Shown one piece after another: positions 44,944 through 55,479 of a DNA stretch of 64,000 nucleotides (position 1 is the stretch's first letter; each line of letters opens with the position of its first letter). The notes beneath the pieces were generated by a model. It ran no database searches. It was not told where the DNA came from and was given only the letters and a program-made list of their open reading frames with translations. Source of the stretch: Saprospiraceae bacterium (GTDB lineage Bacteria; Bacteroidota; Bacteroidia; Chitinophagales; Saprospiraceae); NCBI GenBank assembly GCA_030728245.1, contig JANQZX010000072.1, positions 17,232 to 81,231 of the forward strand, given 5' to 3'. The translations under genes and the position numbers were made by a program.

Positions 44944-46722
44944 TTGACTAAAAAGCCTTCTTCAAACCAGTTAGATGCACAACTGTTAAAACGCGTTTTA
45001 GCAGAGGCAGCACCGTATAAATCATTGTTATTAAGTACTACTTTAATGGCTATTTTGCTGGCACCCTTGGCGACAATACGTCCTTGGCTTGTGCAGAAAA
45101 TGGTTGATGATCATATTGTTTATTCCGATGTTGAGGGTTTACTTAAACTGTCCATAATTTTTATTATTGTCTTGTTTTTACATGCTTTTTTGACTTATCT
45201 GTTCACCTATTTAAGTGGAGTTCTCGGACAAGCGGTGGTAAGAGATTTACGAATAAAGATTTTTAATCATATAAATAGATTCAATCTTTCCTATTTTGAT
45301 AAAACGCCTATTGGAACTTCAACCACCCGCACAATCAATGATGTTGAAACCATAAATACCGTCTTTTCCCAAGGGGTCATTACTATCATTGCAGATATTT
45401 TAACGCTGATTGTTGTTTTAGCCATTATGTTTATAACTAGTTGGAAATTAACCTTAATAGCTCTTACAACTTCTCCATTTTTAGTCATTGCCAGTTATAT
45501 ATTTAAAGAGAAAGTAAAAACGTCATTTCAATCAGTCAGAACGGAAATTTCAAGAATGAATGCTTTTTTGCAAGAGCAAATTTCAGGTATGCGCTTAGTA
45601 CAAATTTTCCATATCGAAAAATTGTCAATGCGTCGTTTTAAAACGATAAACAGGGAATATACTAAGGCAAATTTGGATTCGGTATTGTATTATGCAGTTT
45701 TTTATCCAGTTGTAGAAATTATATCTGCTGCCTCGTTGGGATTAATGGTATGGTGGGGAGCAAAAGGAGTCATTGGAGAAAGTGTGTCTATGGGTGCATT
45801 AATCGCATTTCCCATTTATTTAAATATGTTATTTAACCCTATTAGAATATTAGCTGACAAATTCAATACGCTACAAATGGGGTTAGTGGCTTCTGACAGG
45901 GTCTTTGCTTTGTTGGACAATCAAGCAGAACAAGAGGTAACAGGGCATTTGAAACCTGAAAAGCTGATAGGGGAGGTTGTTTTCAATAAGGTTAATTTTG
46001 CCTATCAGGGAGAAGATTGGGTATTGAAAAATGTTGATTTTCAAATTAAACCGGGAGAAACTTTGGCGATTGTTGGGGCAACGGGTTCGGGAAAAACGAG
46101 TATTATCAGTCTAATAAATAGATTTTACACACATCAGTCCGGGCTCATTTCTATAGACGGAACAGATATAAAGGATTTTGATTTACAGGCGCTTCGTCAT
46201 AAAATGGCATTGGTTCTTCAGGATGTTTTTCTGTTTTCGGGTTCTGTATTTGAAAATATTACGCTGCGGGATGAGTCTATAAGTAGAGAAAAGGTCCTCT
46301 CTGCGGCTAAAATGATAGGTGCACATGAATTTATTGAAAAACTTCCAGGTGGTTACGATTATCAGGTGATGGAGAGAGGGGCAACCCTTTCTATGGGACA
46401 AAGACAGCTCATTTCATTTGTAAGGGCACTTGTTTTTGAACCAGATATTTTAATTTTAGATGAGGCTACCTCCTCTATTGATCCAGCCTCAGAATCGGTT
46501 ATTCAAAAAGCTATTGAAACGTTAATTGCTCAAAGAACCTCTATCATAATAGCACATAGATTATCAACCATAATGCATGCTCATAAAATTTTGGTTATGC
46601 AAAGAGGTGAGGTAATGGAATCGGGTTCACCAGAAGATTTACTAAAAAACGAGGAGGGCCTTTTCAGGAAATTACACGATATGCAATTTATTCAGATTGA
46701 GTCTATGGTAACATCCACTTGA
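44944..46722 (+). CDS. ABC exporter, fused permease-ATPase (MsbA/multidrug type)
   Basis: 592 aa: six-TM N-terminal half, Walker A GATGSGKTS, signature LSMGQRQ and Walker B ILILDEATS. TTG start. Confidence 0.9.
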   Translation: MTKKPSSNQLDAQLLKRVLAEAAPYKSLLLSTTLMAILLAPLATIRPWLVQKMVDDHIVYSDVEGLLKLSIIFIIVLFLHAFLTYLFTYLSGVLGQAVVRDLRIKIFNHINRFNLSYFDKTPIGTSTTRTINDVETINTVFSQGVITIIADILTLIVVLAIMFITSWKLTLIALTTSPFLVIASYIFKEKVKTSFQSVRTEISRMNAFLQEQISGMRLVQIFHIEKLSMRRFKTINREYTKANLDSVLYYAVFYPVVEIISAASLGLMVWWGAKGVIGESVSMGALIAFPIYLNMLFNPIRILADKFNTLQMGLVASDRVFALLDNQAEQEVTGHLKPEKLIGEVVFNKVNFAYQGEDWVLKNVDFQIKPGETLAIVGATGSGKTSIISLINRFYTHQSGLISIDGTDIKDFDLQALRHKMALVLQDVFLFSGSVFENITLRDESISREKVLSAAKMIGAHEFIEKLPGGYDYQVMERGATLSMGQRQLISFVRALVFEPDILILDEATSSIDPASESVIQKAIETLIAQRTSIIIAHRLSTIMHAHKILVMQRGEVMESGSPEDLLKNEEGLFRKLHDMQFIQIESMVTST

Positions 46723-46824
46723 TTTCGTAAAAAGATTCTTATATCGATAAAATGAGCATGTTTATATTTTTTTAATTATTCTTTGCCATTTCTTTTTTAA
46801 ATTACCATTCAAAATAAAATTTTC

Positions 46825-47736
46825 ATGACACAGATTATATTAGACCTGCAAGAGGTAGTTAAAGATTACGATAAAAAACGGGCTGTTGATAAAGTGAGTT
46901 TTCAACTGCCTAAAGGAGCTATTTTTGGATTGTTAGGTCCCAATGGAGCAGGTAAAACCTCCCTTATTAGAATCATTACTTCTATTACCAGAGCTGATGC
47001 AGGAGTTGTTCTTTTTAATGGCGAGCCTCTCCAGGAGAAACATAGTGAAAGGATGGGTTACATGCCTGAGGAGCGAGGCTTGTATAAAAAAATGAAAATC
47101 GGTGATCATCTGCTTTATCTCGCTCAACTCAAGGGACTTTCCTATAAGGAGGCAAAAACGGAGCTCACCTATTGGATGGAGAAATTTGAAATTATGGATT
47201 GGTGGCCCAAAAAAATTGAGGAATTATCCAAGGGCATGCAGCAAAAAATTCAATTTATTGTAACCATTCTTCATAAACCGGACTTGATTATTCTGGACGA
47301 GCCTTTTTCTGGCCTCGATCCCATTAACGCAAATCTCATCAAAGATGAAATTTTAAATCTTAATAAAAATGGGGCTACCCTCATTTTTTCTACCCATCGA
47401 ATGGAACAGGTTGAGGAGATTTGCGAAGAAATTGTCCTAATAAACAATGGAGCAAACGTCCTTCAAGGTAAGGTAAAGGATATTAAAAATAGTTACAAGG
47501 AAAATCTTTTTAATGTTGACTTTAGCACGCCAACGCAGGTTGTTTTACCTGAAGAGTATGCCTTAAAACAAATAAATGATTTTAAGATTCAAGTTAAATT
47601 GGGGGAAAACCAATCAAGCAATGCCCTTTTGCAACATTTATTGAATCAAAATTTAAATATTTCTGGATTCAATGAAATATTACCTTCTCTGAACGAAATA
47701 TTTATTCGTCGGGTGGGGCAATCAAATAGTTTCTAA
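46825..47736 (+). CDS. ABC-2 type transporter ATP-binding protein (NatA-like)
   Basis: 303 aa with Walker A GPNGAGKTS, signature LSKGMQQK and Walker B LIILDEPFSGLD, plus a C-terminal accessory domain. Confidence 0.9.
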   Translation: MTQIILDLQEVVKDYDKKRAVDKVSFQLPKGAIFGLLGPNGAGKTSLIRIITSITRADAGVVLFNGEPLQEKHSERMGYMPEERGLYKKMKIGDHLLYLAQLKGLSYKEAKTELTYWMEKFEIMDWWPKKIEELSKGMQQKIQFIVTILHKPDLIILDEPFSGLDPINANLIKDEILNLNKNGATLIFSTHRMEQVEEICEEIVLINNGANVLQGKVKDIKNSYKENLFNVDFSTPTQVVLPEEYALKQINDFKIQVKLGENQSSNALLQHLLNQNLNISGFNEILPSLNEIFIRRVGQSNSF

Positions 47737-47741
47737 TAAAG

Positions 47742-50255
47742 ATGGAGCGCAACGTAGTCAGTATTTCTTTTTTTCGATCCTTTTGGGTATTTAGCTTATT
47801 CTTAGGACTTACATTACCTACTTTAGGTGTTTCTCAAACAGTGCCTGGAAGGTATCTAAAAGAGGTACTTCCTTGCAATGGATGTGAGGTGAGTACTTTG
47901 TACCCCATAATTCAATGGCCGGTAAAAAAGGGAAAAAATATTAGTTATGATGTTGAATTAGATAGAGATACTCTGGCAAATACGCCTTCTATTTTATTTA
48001 AAAGCGCTCTTCCATACAGCATTCTTATACCTTATATACCTTTGGAAAAGGGCATTTATTATTGGAGGTATAAGGTGAATGGACTACAGTGGTCACCTTA
48101 TTTTTCCTTTTCAATTAAGGAGGATTACCAAAAAAATATTCCCCCTGACCCAGCTCTATTCCTATCAAAAATTCCTGCAGGTCACCCGAGATTATTGATA
48201 AATAATATTAGTCAATCCCGCTCCATTGATGCTAAAAATGAAGATAGAATAGCGATTATATCTGAAGCGGATGAACTTTTATCACTTCCCCTTCCTGAAG
48301 ATTCTATTGATACCTCACGGTTTGCAAACCTAAACGAAAATCAAAAAGGCAGAATCAAAAAGGATGCCGCTTATCAAATTGGTTATCAGGCTTATCAAAG
48401 AATTTATTTGTTTTGCCAGGCTTATCTTTTGACAGAAGATGACAAATATTTTTATAAGGCGAAAGAAACGGGCATTTTAGTCACAGGCTGGGACCGTAAA
48501 GGGTATTCTGGCATGGTTGATTTTTCAGATGCTAAATGTATGCTGGGGATGGCCCTGGTTTTTGATACTTTTTATGATAAACTGAGTGATGGGGAGAAAA
48601 AATTACTATTGGATGCCATTCAAATAAGAGCTAAATATTTTTACCAATTATATAAAAATGACGTAGAAGTAAAAATTTTAAGTGGTCATTTCTGGCAGCA
48701 TATTTTACATTTCCTCTTTCAGACCAATCTCATCTTGTTTAATCATGTTGATGAAACAAAAGAATGGTTAACCTATTATTACGATATATTTTTTGCAAAA
48801 TCACCTATTCTTTCAGGTGAATCAGGAGGTTGGACAGAGGGACTGTCTTATTTTACAATGAATATGGAAACTCTTATTGATATTCCTTTTTTTGTGAAAT
48901 CTTATACGGGTTACGATTTTTTTAAAGTTCACCCTTTTTATAAAAACATGGCTTCCTGGTTGGTGTATCATGTTCCTGCGGGTGCCGTTGGCGATGGTTT
49001 TGCAGATAATTCAACTCATTTATATAGCCCTGGGGCAAAATATCAAGCATTTGCGATAGAGATGGCAAAATTAACTCAAGATCCCCTTTATAAGTGGTAT
49101 GCAGATAAATGTCATGAATATGAACCGATAAATATATCAAAAGAATCTACCCTGCGTTGGTTTAGATTATCTAAAACGCAGCAACTTGACATGCCAACAG
49201 ATGATTTAAGCATTGATTTTCCTCTGGCTAAACTGTTTAGTGATGGTGGCGCAGGTTCTATGCAAACCAATGCAGGTAATCCGGCATCGAACTTATCAAT
49301 ATTTCTGCGTGCCAGTCCTATTGGAGCTTATGGACATATTTTAGCAGAGCAAAATACCTTCAATATTTCTTATAAAGGTAAACGAGTCTTTTTTAAAACA
49401 GGGTATAAATTGGGGATGGATGACCCCCATAGAACAGGTTGGTCTCAGTTGACGAAAAGTGCCAATGGTGTTCTGATAAATGGAAACGGACAAGTGATAA
49501 GTACTGAGGGAATATCTTCCTTTAAAAGATTAGTACAAGGAACTTCCTTGGCTTATGTTAAAAGTGACGCATCATTAGCTTATAAAAGTACTGAAACTAA
49601 GGAAAATTTTGGTGTTAAAAAATTTGTAAGACATTACCTTTTGTTACCACCCAAAATCATTATTATTCTCGATGAATTAGAAAGTGATAAACCTGCTGAA
49701 TGGCAATGGTTATTGCATGCAGAAAATAGTCTCACTATCGATACACTTACTCATCAATTATTATCGTCAGATTCATGTCTTGTTCAGTTTTTCTCTAGTT
49801 CTCCCTCATCTATGTCTATAAAAGATTCATTCGATATTCCTTTGGTTAATTTTAGATTTGTCGATGAAGATGGCGAAGGGTTAAAAACTTTTGATACAGA
49901 TCAAAAGCATTTTACTCTTAAAACTGATTCTCCTGATAGTAAACAGCGTTTTTTAAGTGTTTTTTCTTTTGGAAATGATAAGGTTGAAGAAACCAAATAT
50001 ATTGAAAGTAAAGAAGCCATTCGTAATCTACACCTTGGAGATTGGGAAATAAATATGGTGACTGACACTGAAAAAGAACCATTATTTGAATTGTTTAATA
50101 GTAAAACAGGTACTTATTTCAATATGTTTGGGAATAAAACCGAATGGTCAGCCAAATGGACTCAGAATTTAAAGCAGGGAAATAGTTATTTATTAGAAAA
50201 AGATCGGTTGAATAACCTAAAACATACGACAAATGGAGATTTCAATAAGGAATAG
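47742..50255 (+). CDS. Secreted heparinase II/III-like (polysaccharide lyase-fold) protein
   Basis: 837 aa with a signal peptide. A helical toroid-like middle region is followed by the block GAYGHILAEQNTF, reminiscent of the GH.HADQNSF block of heparinase II/III C-terminal domains. Assigned by resemblance only. Confidence 0.5.
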   Translation: MERNVVSISFFRSFWVFSLFLGLTLPTLGVSQTVPGRYLKEVLPCNGCEVSTLYPIIQWPVKKGKNISYDVELDRDTLANTPSILFKSALPYSILIPYIPLEKGIYYWRYKVNGLQWSPYFSFSIKEDYQKNIPPDPALFLSKIPAGHPRLLINNISQSRSIDAKNEDRIAIISEADELLSLPLPEDSIDTSRFANLNENQKGRIKKDAAYQIGYQAYQRIYLFCQAYLLTEDDKYFYKAKETGILVTGWDRKGYSGMVDFSDAKCMLGMALVFDTFYDKLSDGEKKLLLDAIQIRAKYFYQLYKNDVEVKILSGHFWQHILHFLFQTNLILFNHVDETKEWLTYYYDIFFAKSPILSGESGGWTEGLSYFTMNMETLIDIPFFVKSYTGYDFFKVHPFYKNMASWLVYHVPAGAVGDGFADNSTHLYSPGAKYQAFAIEMAKLTQDPLYKWYADKCHEYEPINISKESTLRWFRLSKTQQLDMPTDDLSIDFPLAKLFSDGGAGSMQTNAGNPASNLSIFLRASPIGAYGHILAEQNTFNISYKGKRVFFKTGYKLGMDDPHRTGWSQLTKSANGVLINGNGQVISTEGISSFKRLVQGTSLAYVKSDASLAYKSTETKENFGVKKFVRHYLLLPPKIIIILDELESDKPAEWQWLLHAENSLTIDTLTHQLLSSDSCLVQFFSSSPSSMSIKDSFDIPLVNFRFVDEDGEGLKTFDTDQKHFTLKTDSPDSKQRFLSVFSFGNDKVEETKYIESKEAIRNLHLGDWEINMVTDTEKEPLFELFNSKTGTYFNMFGNKTEWSAKWTQNLKQGNSYLLEKDRLNNLKHTTNGDFNKE

Positions 50256-51780
50256 TGTGCTTATAGGTCTGGTTTTATGCCTGATTTCCATGTCTTCTGT
50301 TAGATATGAAAGTCCCAAAGCCTATAATTTCTTATTTGCCATAGCCGATGATCAGTCTTTTCCTCACGCAGGTATTTATAAGTTAGGTACATTTAAAACG
50401 CCTACTTTTGATAGTCTGACAAAAAGAGGGGTGCATTTTACCCAGGCATTTGCTGCAGCGCCTCAATGCAGCCCTTCCCGTGCCGCAATACTTACAGGAA
50501 AAAATATTTGGCAATTAGAGGAAGCAGGGACACACGGTAGTTATTTTCCTTCAAAATTTGAGGTTTTCACAGAGATTTTAAGGAAAAAAGGATATCATAC
50601 TGGCTATACCGGAAAAGCATGGGGTCCTGGAAATTGGAAAGATGCGGGTTGGAAAACTAATCCAGTAGGGGAAGAATACAATGCCCAAAAATTGAAAGTA
50701 CGCGTAAGTAAAGATATTAGCGACATTGATTATGTTGGAAATCTGGCTCTTTTCCTAAACAAAAAACCAAAGGAATCGCCTTTTTTCTTTTGGTTTGGCG
50801 CGCATGAACCTCATAGGACATATACCTTTGGTTCAGGTTCGAGGCAACCTGGTGAAAAAGTCAAATTACCTGATTTTTTGCCGAAAACAGACACTATTGA
50901 GCAAGATTTTTTGGATTATGCTTTTGAGATAAATTATTTTGACCGGCAACTAGGGAAAATGATTCAATTATTAGCCGAAAAGGGTGAATTGGAGAATACC
51001 TATCTTATTGTAACCGCTGATAATGGCATGGCTTTCCCCAACGCGAAGGCATCTTTACACGAATTTGGTATTCATGTTCCTTTACTTATTGCCGGGCCCG
51101 AAATAGCTCAACCAGGAAGAGCTAACCATTCTTTGGTTAGTTTGATAGATCTCGCAAGCACCATTCTCTCTTTAGCCAACGCCAGGGAACTAATGGAAAC
51201 AACGGGTAAAAATCTGGTGCCCATTTTAAAATCTGGAAGTAAATCATTTAAGCAACCCGTATTTGCCGGGAGGGAAAGACATACTCACGCCAGACCGGAC
51301 AATGTGGGATATCCATCCAGAGCGATTAGGACCGATCAATTTTTATATATTAGAAACTTCAAACCTGACCGTTGGCCAGCGGGAAATCCCGCTCCCTCTC
51401 CTGATCCAAAAGGTATTTTGGGATATGAGGATATTGATGATTCACCTACAAAAAGGCAAATGATGCAAAGTCCAGAAAATTGGTCGGTAGCATTTCAAGC
51501 GGGGTTTGGGAAAAAAATGTCAGAGGAATTATATGATATTCAACTGGATCCATTTTGTTTAATTGATTTATCTGCCAATGAAACCTATCGTGAAAAAAAG
51601 GAAAAACTTAAAAAACAACTGGAAGGTGTATTAATGGAACAAAGAGATCCAAGAGTATTGGGTACAGGGGACCAATTTGATTCTTATCCACGGTTTGGAA
51701 AAATGCGTCCATTTCCCGGCTTTAATACCCAGGGACATTATAATCCTACCTTTATTCAACAGCAAAAACAAAAAGAATAA
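50233..51780 (+). CDS. Cys-type sulfatase (S1 family, N-sulfoglucosamine sulfohydrolase-like)
   Basis: 515 aa with a signal peptide. Formylglycine motif CSPSRAAILTGK, plus DDQSF and TADNG blocks. It overlaps the upstream gene by 23 nt. Confidence 0.85.
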   Translation: MEISIRNSVLIGLVLCLISMSSVRYESPKAYNFLFAIADDQSFPHAGIYKLGTFKTPTFDSLTKRGVHFTQAFAAAPQCSPSRAAILTGKNIWQLEEAGTHGSYFPSKFEVFTEILRKKGYHTGYTGKAWGPGNWKDAGWKTNPVGEEYNAQKLKVRVSKDISDIDYVGNLALFLNKKPKESPFFFWFGAHEPHRTYTFGSGSRQPGEKVKLPDFLPKTDTIEQDFLDYAFEINYFDRQLGKMIQLLAEKGELENTYLIVTADNGMAFPNAKASLHEFGIHVPLLIAGPEIAQPGRANHSLVSLIDLASTILSLANARELMETTGKNLVPILKSGSKSFKQPVFAGRERHTHARPDNVGYPSRAIRTDQFLYIRNFKPDRWPAGNPAPSPDPKGILGYEDIDDSPTKRQMMQSPENWSVAFQAGFGKKMSEELYDIQLDPFCLIDLSANETYREKKEKLKKQLEGVLMEQRDPRVLGTGDQFDSYPRFGKMRPFPGFNTQGHYNPTFIQQQKQKE

Positions 51781-51786
51781 TTCTAT

Positions 51787-53103
51787 ATGAATAAGCTCCT
51801 ATTAATCATTAAGAGAGAATATATTTCTCGTGTGACCAGTAAAAGTTTCATACTTACTACTTTACTTACCCCCCTTGCCATTGTCCTTTTTACGGCAGTA
51901 GTTACCCTCATTTTTTCTTATGAAACCGATGAAATTCAAAACATCGCCGTGGTAGATGAGGCTAAAATTTTGGATGGAAGTATCAGGGATGAAGAAAATC
52001 TGTTTTTTCATTTTGAAAAAAAATCTTTAGAAGAGGTTTTATCAGGTATTGAAAAAAGTTCCTATTCAGGTGTTTTATACGTGCCGGCGATAAAAGAAGT
52101 AATGGAAAAGCAATATACCGTCTTCTATTATGCCGCCAAGCAACCTGGTCTGTCAATTCAGTTTAAAATTAAGGATAGAGTGGAGGATGCCCTTCGAGAT
52201 TTCAAAATAGTGCAGTTAAAATTGGATAAAGAGCAAATAGCTGCTCTGGATACTAAAATTATTTTGGAACCGGAACCTATTTCTAAAGATGAAGTGGATT
52301 CCTCTAGATTAACGAGTGCCATTGCCGCAGTTATAGGTATGTCGATGGGCTTTATTATGTATATGACCGTCTTTATTTATGGTATGATGGTCATGCGTTC
52401 AGTGATGGAAGAAAAGATGAATAGAATTGTGGAGGTAATGATTTCATCGGTAAAACCTTTTCAATTAATGTTGGGAAAAATTATTGGTGTTGGTGGGGTA
52501 GGTTTAACGCAAGTATTGGTTTGGGTAATTTTAGTCCCCGTATTATTGCTTATTACGAGGTTGATTATGGGAATAGATTTATCGACAAATATGTCTATAG
52601 CCCAAGGAGCTACACCAGACTTCAATCCCGATGATATGCAAGCTATGGTAGCCTTGGCTATGAAGGAGTTTAATCAAATTAACTGGTGGCTCATCGTACC
52701 TTTGTTTATGTTATTCTTTTTAGGTGGATATTTCTTGTATTCTTCTCTTTTTGCGGCCGTAGGATCTGCAATAGGGGATGACATGGGTGAAAGTAGTTCT
52801 TTGACCCTACCCATAACTATTCCCGTTATTTTAGCCCTATACATAATGATGCAAAGTGTAGAATCACCTGATTCAAGTCTTGCCAGATGGTCATCTATGT
52901 TTCCTTTATTTTCACCCATTGTTATGCCTGCTCGACTGGCCTTTAATCCGCCATGGTGGGAAGTAGCCCTTTCATTAACTCTATTAATAGGTACGGCTAT
53001 GTTTTTTGTATGGATATCTGGACGAATCTACAGGGTAGGTATCTTATTGTACGGTAAAAAAGCTGGTATGAAAGAGTTGGTTAAATGGGTTTTTATGAAA
53101 TAA
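51787..53103 (+). CDS. ABC-2 type transporter permease (NatB-like)
   Basis: 438 aa: an N-terminal TM helix, a large extracytoplasmic loop and then five or more TM helices. This is the typical partner architecture for the ATPase at 46825. Confidence 0.8.
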   Translation: MNKLLLIIKREYISRVTSKSFILTTLLTPLAIVLFTAVVTLIFSYETDEIQNIAVVDEAKILDGSIRDEENLFFHFEKKSLEEVLSGIEKSSYSGVLYVPAIKEVMEKQYTVFYYAAKQPGLSIQFKIKDRVEDALRDFKIVQLKLDKEQIAALDTKIILEPEPISKDEVDSSRLTSAIAAVIGMSMGFIMYMTVFIYGMMVMRSVMEEKMNRIVEVMISSVKPFQLMLGKIIGVGGVGLTQVLVWVILVPVLLLITRLIMGIDLSTNMSIAQGATPDFNPDDMQAMVALAMKEFNQINWWLIVPLFMLFFLGGYFLYSSLFAAVGSAIGDDMGESSSLTLPITIPVILALYIMMQSVESPDSSLARWSSMFPLFSPIVMPARLAFNPPWWEVALSLTLLIGTAMFFVWISGRIYRVGILLYGKKAGMKELVKWVFMK

Positions 53104-54274
53104 CATTTCCTTCTTTGTATAGGGGAAGAATAATAGAAAAGGTAGTGCCTTTATTTTCTTCCCCATATTTTACAAATATTTTTCCTTCATGATAATCTTC
53201 AATAATCCTTTTCGCTAAAGAAAGGCCTAAACCCCAGCCTCTCTTTTTTGTGGTGAAACCGGGTTGAAAAACTGTTTTATGGTTAGACGGAGGTATTCCC
53301 TTCCCATTATCAGAAATATCAATATGTACCTGATTCGAATCTAAGCTTATGTGTGCAGAAATCACTCCTTTTCCATCCATGGCATCTAAGGCGTTTCTGA
53401 GTAAGTTTTCAATGACCCAATCGAAAAGGTGTGCGTTTAATCCAACAAGGATAGGTTTGTATTCTGCGACAGAGGGAAAATTAAAAGAGACCTTACGAGG
53501 AGCTCTTCTCTGCATATAATTTCGGCAATCATCTAATTGAGCATAAATATTAACAGGTAATAATTGAGGAGCAGAGCCAATTTTTGAAAAGCGGTCCGCT
53601 ACCAGTTCAAGCCTGTTTACGTCCTTTTCGAGTTCTTTAATAATATCTGCAATTTCGGCGTCCTGGAGCTCTTTAGATTTTAATAAGTCAATCCATGCAA
53701 TGAGACCGGAAATAGGGGTGCCAAGTTGGTGGGCTGTTTCTTTGGCCATACCTACCCACACTCTATTTTGTTCTTCTCTTCGGGCAGAACTAAATCCGAT
53801 GTAGCCAAAAAAGATAAATGCAGCGATAAGACCGAGCTGCATTAAAGGAAAGAACCTGAGTTGACGCAAAGTAACTGATTCTTCGTAATACAATTTGTTT
53901 CCGTAGCTTTCAATGGGCTTAACTCCCTGGCGTTTCAAACGTGCCAATTCCTTTTCAATGGTTTTTGGATTGGTGGAAGAGTAGTTTCTTGAGTCAAGGA
54001 TAACACCTGATGGATCTACCAGAATAACTGGAATGGTTTGGTTATTTTTTATAATGTCAAAGGGAATAGTCAAGTCCTGGCAAGAACTGCAAGCCTCATT
54101 TACCGGATTATTCAATTCTGCGTATGCTTTAGCCCAAAGATCTGCTTTTTGCATTTCTTCCTCTGCCAATCGCTTACTTAAATATTGAGCATAAAATTGA
54201 GAAATAAGAATTAGCACTACCCCGACGGCTGCTAAATATTTCTTCCAATGTGATTTTCGCTTATAAATATCCAT
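53093..54274 (-). CDS. Membrane sensor histidine kinase
   Basis: 393 aa with two TM helices flanking a roughly 110-aa periplasmic loop. H box ETAHQLGTPISGL, N box LLRNALDAM, G1 DNGKGI, G2 GWGLGL. Confidence 0.9.
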   Translation of the reverse strand: MDIYKRKSHWKKYLAAVGVVLILISQFYAQYLSKRLAEEEMQKADLWAKAYAELNNPVNEACSSCQDLTIPFDIIKNNQTIPVILVDPSGVILDSRNYSSTNPKTIEKELARLKRQGVKPIESYGNKLYYEESVTLRQLRFFPLMQLGLIAAFIFFGYIGFSSARREEQNRVWVGMAKETAHQLGTPISGLIAWIDLLKSKELQDAEIADIIKELEKDVNRLELVADRFSKIGSAPQLLPVNIYAQLDDCRNYMQRRAPRKVSFNFPSVAEYKPILVGLNAHLFDWVIENLLRNALDAMDGKGVISAHISLDSNQVHIDISDNGKGIPPSNHKTVFQPGFTTKKRGWGLGLSLAKRIIEDYHEGKIFVKYGEENKGTTFSIILPLYKEGNVIS

Positions 54275-54281
54275 TAAGTTA

Positions 54282-55319
54282 TTAAGGGTTTCGAGAGGTA
54301 TGATTTAACTGATAGGAAGCAACTCTGGAGATAGTGTTTTCCTGAACATTACTATAAAAAAGATTGAAATCAGCAATATGATAGTTTTTATTTCTATATA
54401 GAAAACTCCACGGAAATTTAGGATGACTTACCTCTAAATAGGCACCTTTAATTTTGGCGTCACAAATGGCAGGTAAAACTTTATCGAAATTAAGAAGTAC
54501 CGCTCCTTTGTTTAATTCCTTTGGTGCTATTTCTGTCGAGCGACTCCACGACAAAGGATTAACCACCACGATATCTTCATCACCGGATTTAGAGGTAGGC
54601 GCACTTTTCTCCTCCCAGGTTCTCCAACTGACAAAACAACCGGTTTGATTAGCATTTTCACAAGGAACAATCTGTTGAAAAGCATTTTGTTTGATGGGCA
54701 TACCTATTAAATACGCAGCAACTAATTTTTGTGCTAATGGTTTCCCATCAAAAAATTCTTTTATTAGGCGCTCAGCATGATTGGTTCCCTGACTGTGTGA
54801 GGCGATTATAATAGGCTTATCATTATTATAATGTTGAAGGTAATACATAAATGCCTGGCGAATGTCTTGGTAAGCTAATTCAAAAGCAGCTTTTGCCTTT
54901 TCTTTTTCATTGGTAAAATAAGCACTTAAATGCGCTTGTCTATAAAAAGGGGCATAAACATTTCCCGCTTTATTGAATATAGATGCCTGAAACTTTAGGG
55001 TAGAGTTTTCAGTTTTGAGACGTAATTTTTCATCTGAAAGATTACCATTCCAATAGGTCACTTTTTTATTGTCGGTGTAAGTCGTTGGATGCAGAAAAAA
55101 GACATCTACCTTTGAAAGCGATTCGTTTGGGATAGATCCATTAACCGACAATCCTTTTGGTGTTTCATCAGTTAAATCAACTTTTTCAGGCAAAGCACCC
55201 CAAGATGAAGCTTGGCTGTAATCGGGCGAACCTCCTGTCTGTGTGTCTATTAGTACTTTGGAGGATTGACAAGATGTTATCAAACCAGTTAAAATTAGAC
55301 ACTGTATTAACTTAATCAT
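54282..55319 (-). CDS. DUF3089-like alpha/beta-hydrolase lipoprotein
   Basis: Start taken at the ATG at 55319, giving MIKLIQCLILTGLITSC (lipobox). Nucleophile elbow ASHSQG. Confidence 0.65.
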   Translation of the reverse strand: MIKLIQCLILTGLITSCQSSKVLIDTQTGGSPDYSQASSWGALPEKVDLTDETPKGLSVNGSIPNESLSKVDVFFLHPTTYTDNKKVTYWNGNLSDEKLRLKTENSTLKFQASIFNKAGNVYAPFYRQAHLSAYFTNEKEKAKAAFELAYQDIRQAFMYYLQHYNNDKPIIIASHSQGTNHAERLIKEFFDGKPLAQKLVAAYLIGMPIKQNAFQQIVPCENANQTGCFVSWRTWEEKSAPTSKSGDEDIVVVNPLSWSRSTEIAPKELNKGAVLLNFDKVLPAICDAKIKGAYLEVSHPKFPWSFLYRNKNYHIADFNLFYSNVQENTISRVASYQLNHTSRNP

Positions 55320-55479
55320 AGATCCCTTTTTTAATATAACCTTCAACTATGTTAATTTATTGGTGCAAATGGTAACAATTTTACATAAAAATTAATAGTT
55401 AATTAGCTATTATTTTTGACAACAAACGCTTACTTTAGATTTTTTCAATTTCACAAACAAGCAAATTTTTGAAATCACT

